DNA of 35,314 nt, taken from contig JYFJ02004046.1 in NCBI GenBank assembly GCA_000934665.2, forward strand, positions 1-35,314, given 5' to 3'. Below, piece by piece: positions 33,831 to 35,314 of this stretch; positions within the stretch are counted from its first letter, which is position 1, and each line of letters begins with the position of its first letter. The stretch is from Catajapyx aquilonaris. Taxonomy: Eukaryota. The notes under the pieces are model-generated. The model saw only the letters and a program-made list of their open reading frames with translations. It was not told the DNA's origin and made no database searches. The position numbers and the translations under genes are program-made.

Positions 33831-34819
33831 TTAACACCTTGCTTGTCACTTCCAGGAAGTTGGACTCCCCCCCCCCCCCTATGTTGGACATTTTTCATGG
33901 AACCAAATATTGCAAAGCAAACCTGTCGGCCACAAATGGATTTAAATTCGGATCACATCGACGATAATTGGTTGAAAATGTGCACGCTGTTGACTCGCTG
34001 ATTTGCGGGAGCAATCAGCAAATGAACACCGATTGGTTCTAACCAACATACATGTCTACGAATACTATGCTGTCCCTTTTGACGGCAAAGGGACGTCCTC
34101 CAAAATCCTCAGAGTGGCCCAAGTGGCGTCCTGCATTATGCATGGGACAATATGCAAAATGGCGGTGGGTTGGAGAGAAAAGGAGTAGGAATGTGAGAAA
34201 TGGAACCACTCTTCCCTTCCAAATGCGTCTGCAATCCCATTATTCCTTTTGCGGCCAGGCTTGCCACTACTATACGACTCTACGAATTTTTAGAGCAGTA
34301 CTATTCTCATATTTAATAAATATTTTTTGATAGATCGATAACTGTCATACTGTATATTGGGATCATGAATTTGTCAGTGGTACTTGACTTGCTATTCTTT
34401 TATTCATCACACTACCCCCGCTGGAACATGGCCAACCAATGCGTTTTGGTGCGTATGAGCAAATTTCACGGCAATCTGAAAGAAAAATAGTGGGAAATTG
34501 GCGTGCACAAATCGGCATCCACTAGTGTAATTTTCAGGGGAATTTGCGCTACGATGAATTTTAGTGGGTAGTTACTCTTGATTTTTTTTTTATTAAAAAA
34601 GGATAGGTAGTACTTCCTCTGTGTATATGTATTATAGCAGAACTATTTGGTCATAACATCACACTTTTGTATAATAGTGAACTGTGCCTTCCACATGTAA
34701 TATTGAAGCGCCAGGAATTTAATATTGCTTAATAGACACTACTAATTGCTACTACGATGCAATGCCTGAATATTTTTTTTAAATTTTTATAAAATTTTTA
34801 TGAGCAAATGAAGAACTAA

Positions 34820-35310
34820 CCGCTACTAAATATCTAACTACTGCACGCTGCACTAGTAGCTATACTGATAAAATCTAACTATGCTGTAATAGCAGCTACC
34901 ACTAAAAAGCTAACTATCGTACTAGTAGCAACTACTGAAGATTTACTACAGTACAAGTAGCAACTACTAAAAATTTACTACTATACAAGTAGCAACTACG
35001 GAAGATTTACTACAGTACAAGTAGCAACTACTGAAGATTTACTACAGTACAAGTAGCAACTACTGAAGATTTACTACTATACAAGTAGCTATTACTAAAA
35101 ATCTACTTCCGGTACTAGTAGCTACTACTAAAATTTTAACTTCTGTACTAGTATATACTACTAAAAATCTAATACTGCACAAGTAGCTGCTACTAAAATT
35201 TTAACTACTGTACTAGTATATACTACTAAAAATCTAATACTGCACAAGTAGCTACTACTAAAAATCTGCTATTGTACTAGTGGCTACTATTTAAAATCTA
35301 CCTACTATAC
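34820..35310. repeat. 32-bp minisatellite (ACTACAGTACAAGTAGCAACTACTGAAGATTT) running to the window end
   Basis: GAAGATTTACTAC recurs at 32-bp spacing (e.g. 35001, 35033), with degenerate flanking copies. Confidence 0.92.
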
Positions 35311-35314
35311 GTGT

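Overview
Repeat-dense eukaryotic DNA, most likely from an invertebrate animal (tRNA-derived SINEs, many DNA-transposon MITE families, minisatellites, spliceosomal introns); the taxon cannot be fixed from sequence alone. Nearly all ORFs in the supplied track are artefacts of repeats. The main hidden signal is a compact 9-exon minus-strand gene (27382->25053, about 563-565 aa, no recognisable family). Its ORF fragments join through GT-AG introns of 52-57 nt, two of them secondarily enlarged by a MITE and by a microsatellite. One junction (exon 5/6) is ambiguous: an alternative AAG acceptor or a 1-nt frameshift. The rest is non-autonomous elements with recognisable ends and target-site duplications (TSDs): hAT (8-bp TSD), Tc1/mariner (TA), pogo/Tigger-like, MULE (9-bp), piggyBac-like and Kolobok-like (TTAA), Helentron/DINE-like, and a 48-bp hairpin element present twice with empty-site evidence of insertion. 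No autonomous transposase, rRNA, bona fide tRNA or CRISPR array was found. All coordinates were read by eye and may be off by a few bases at degenerate ends.
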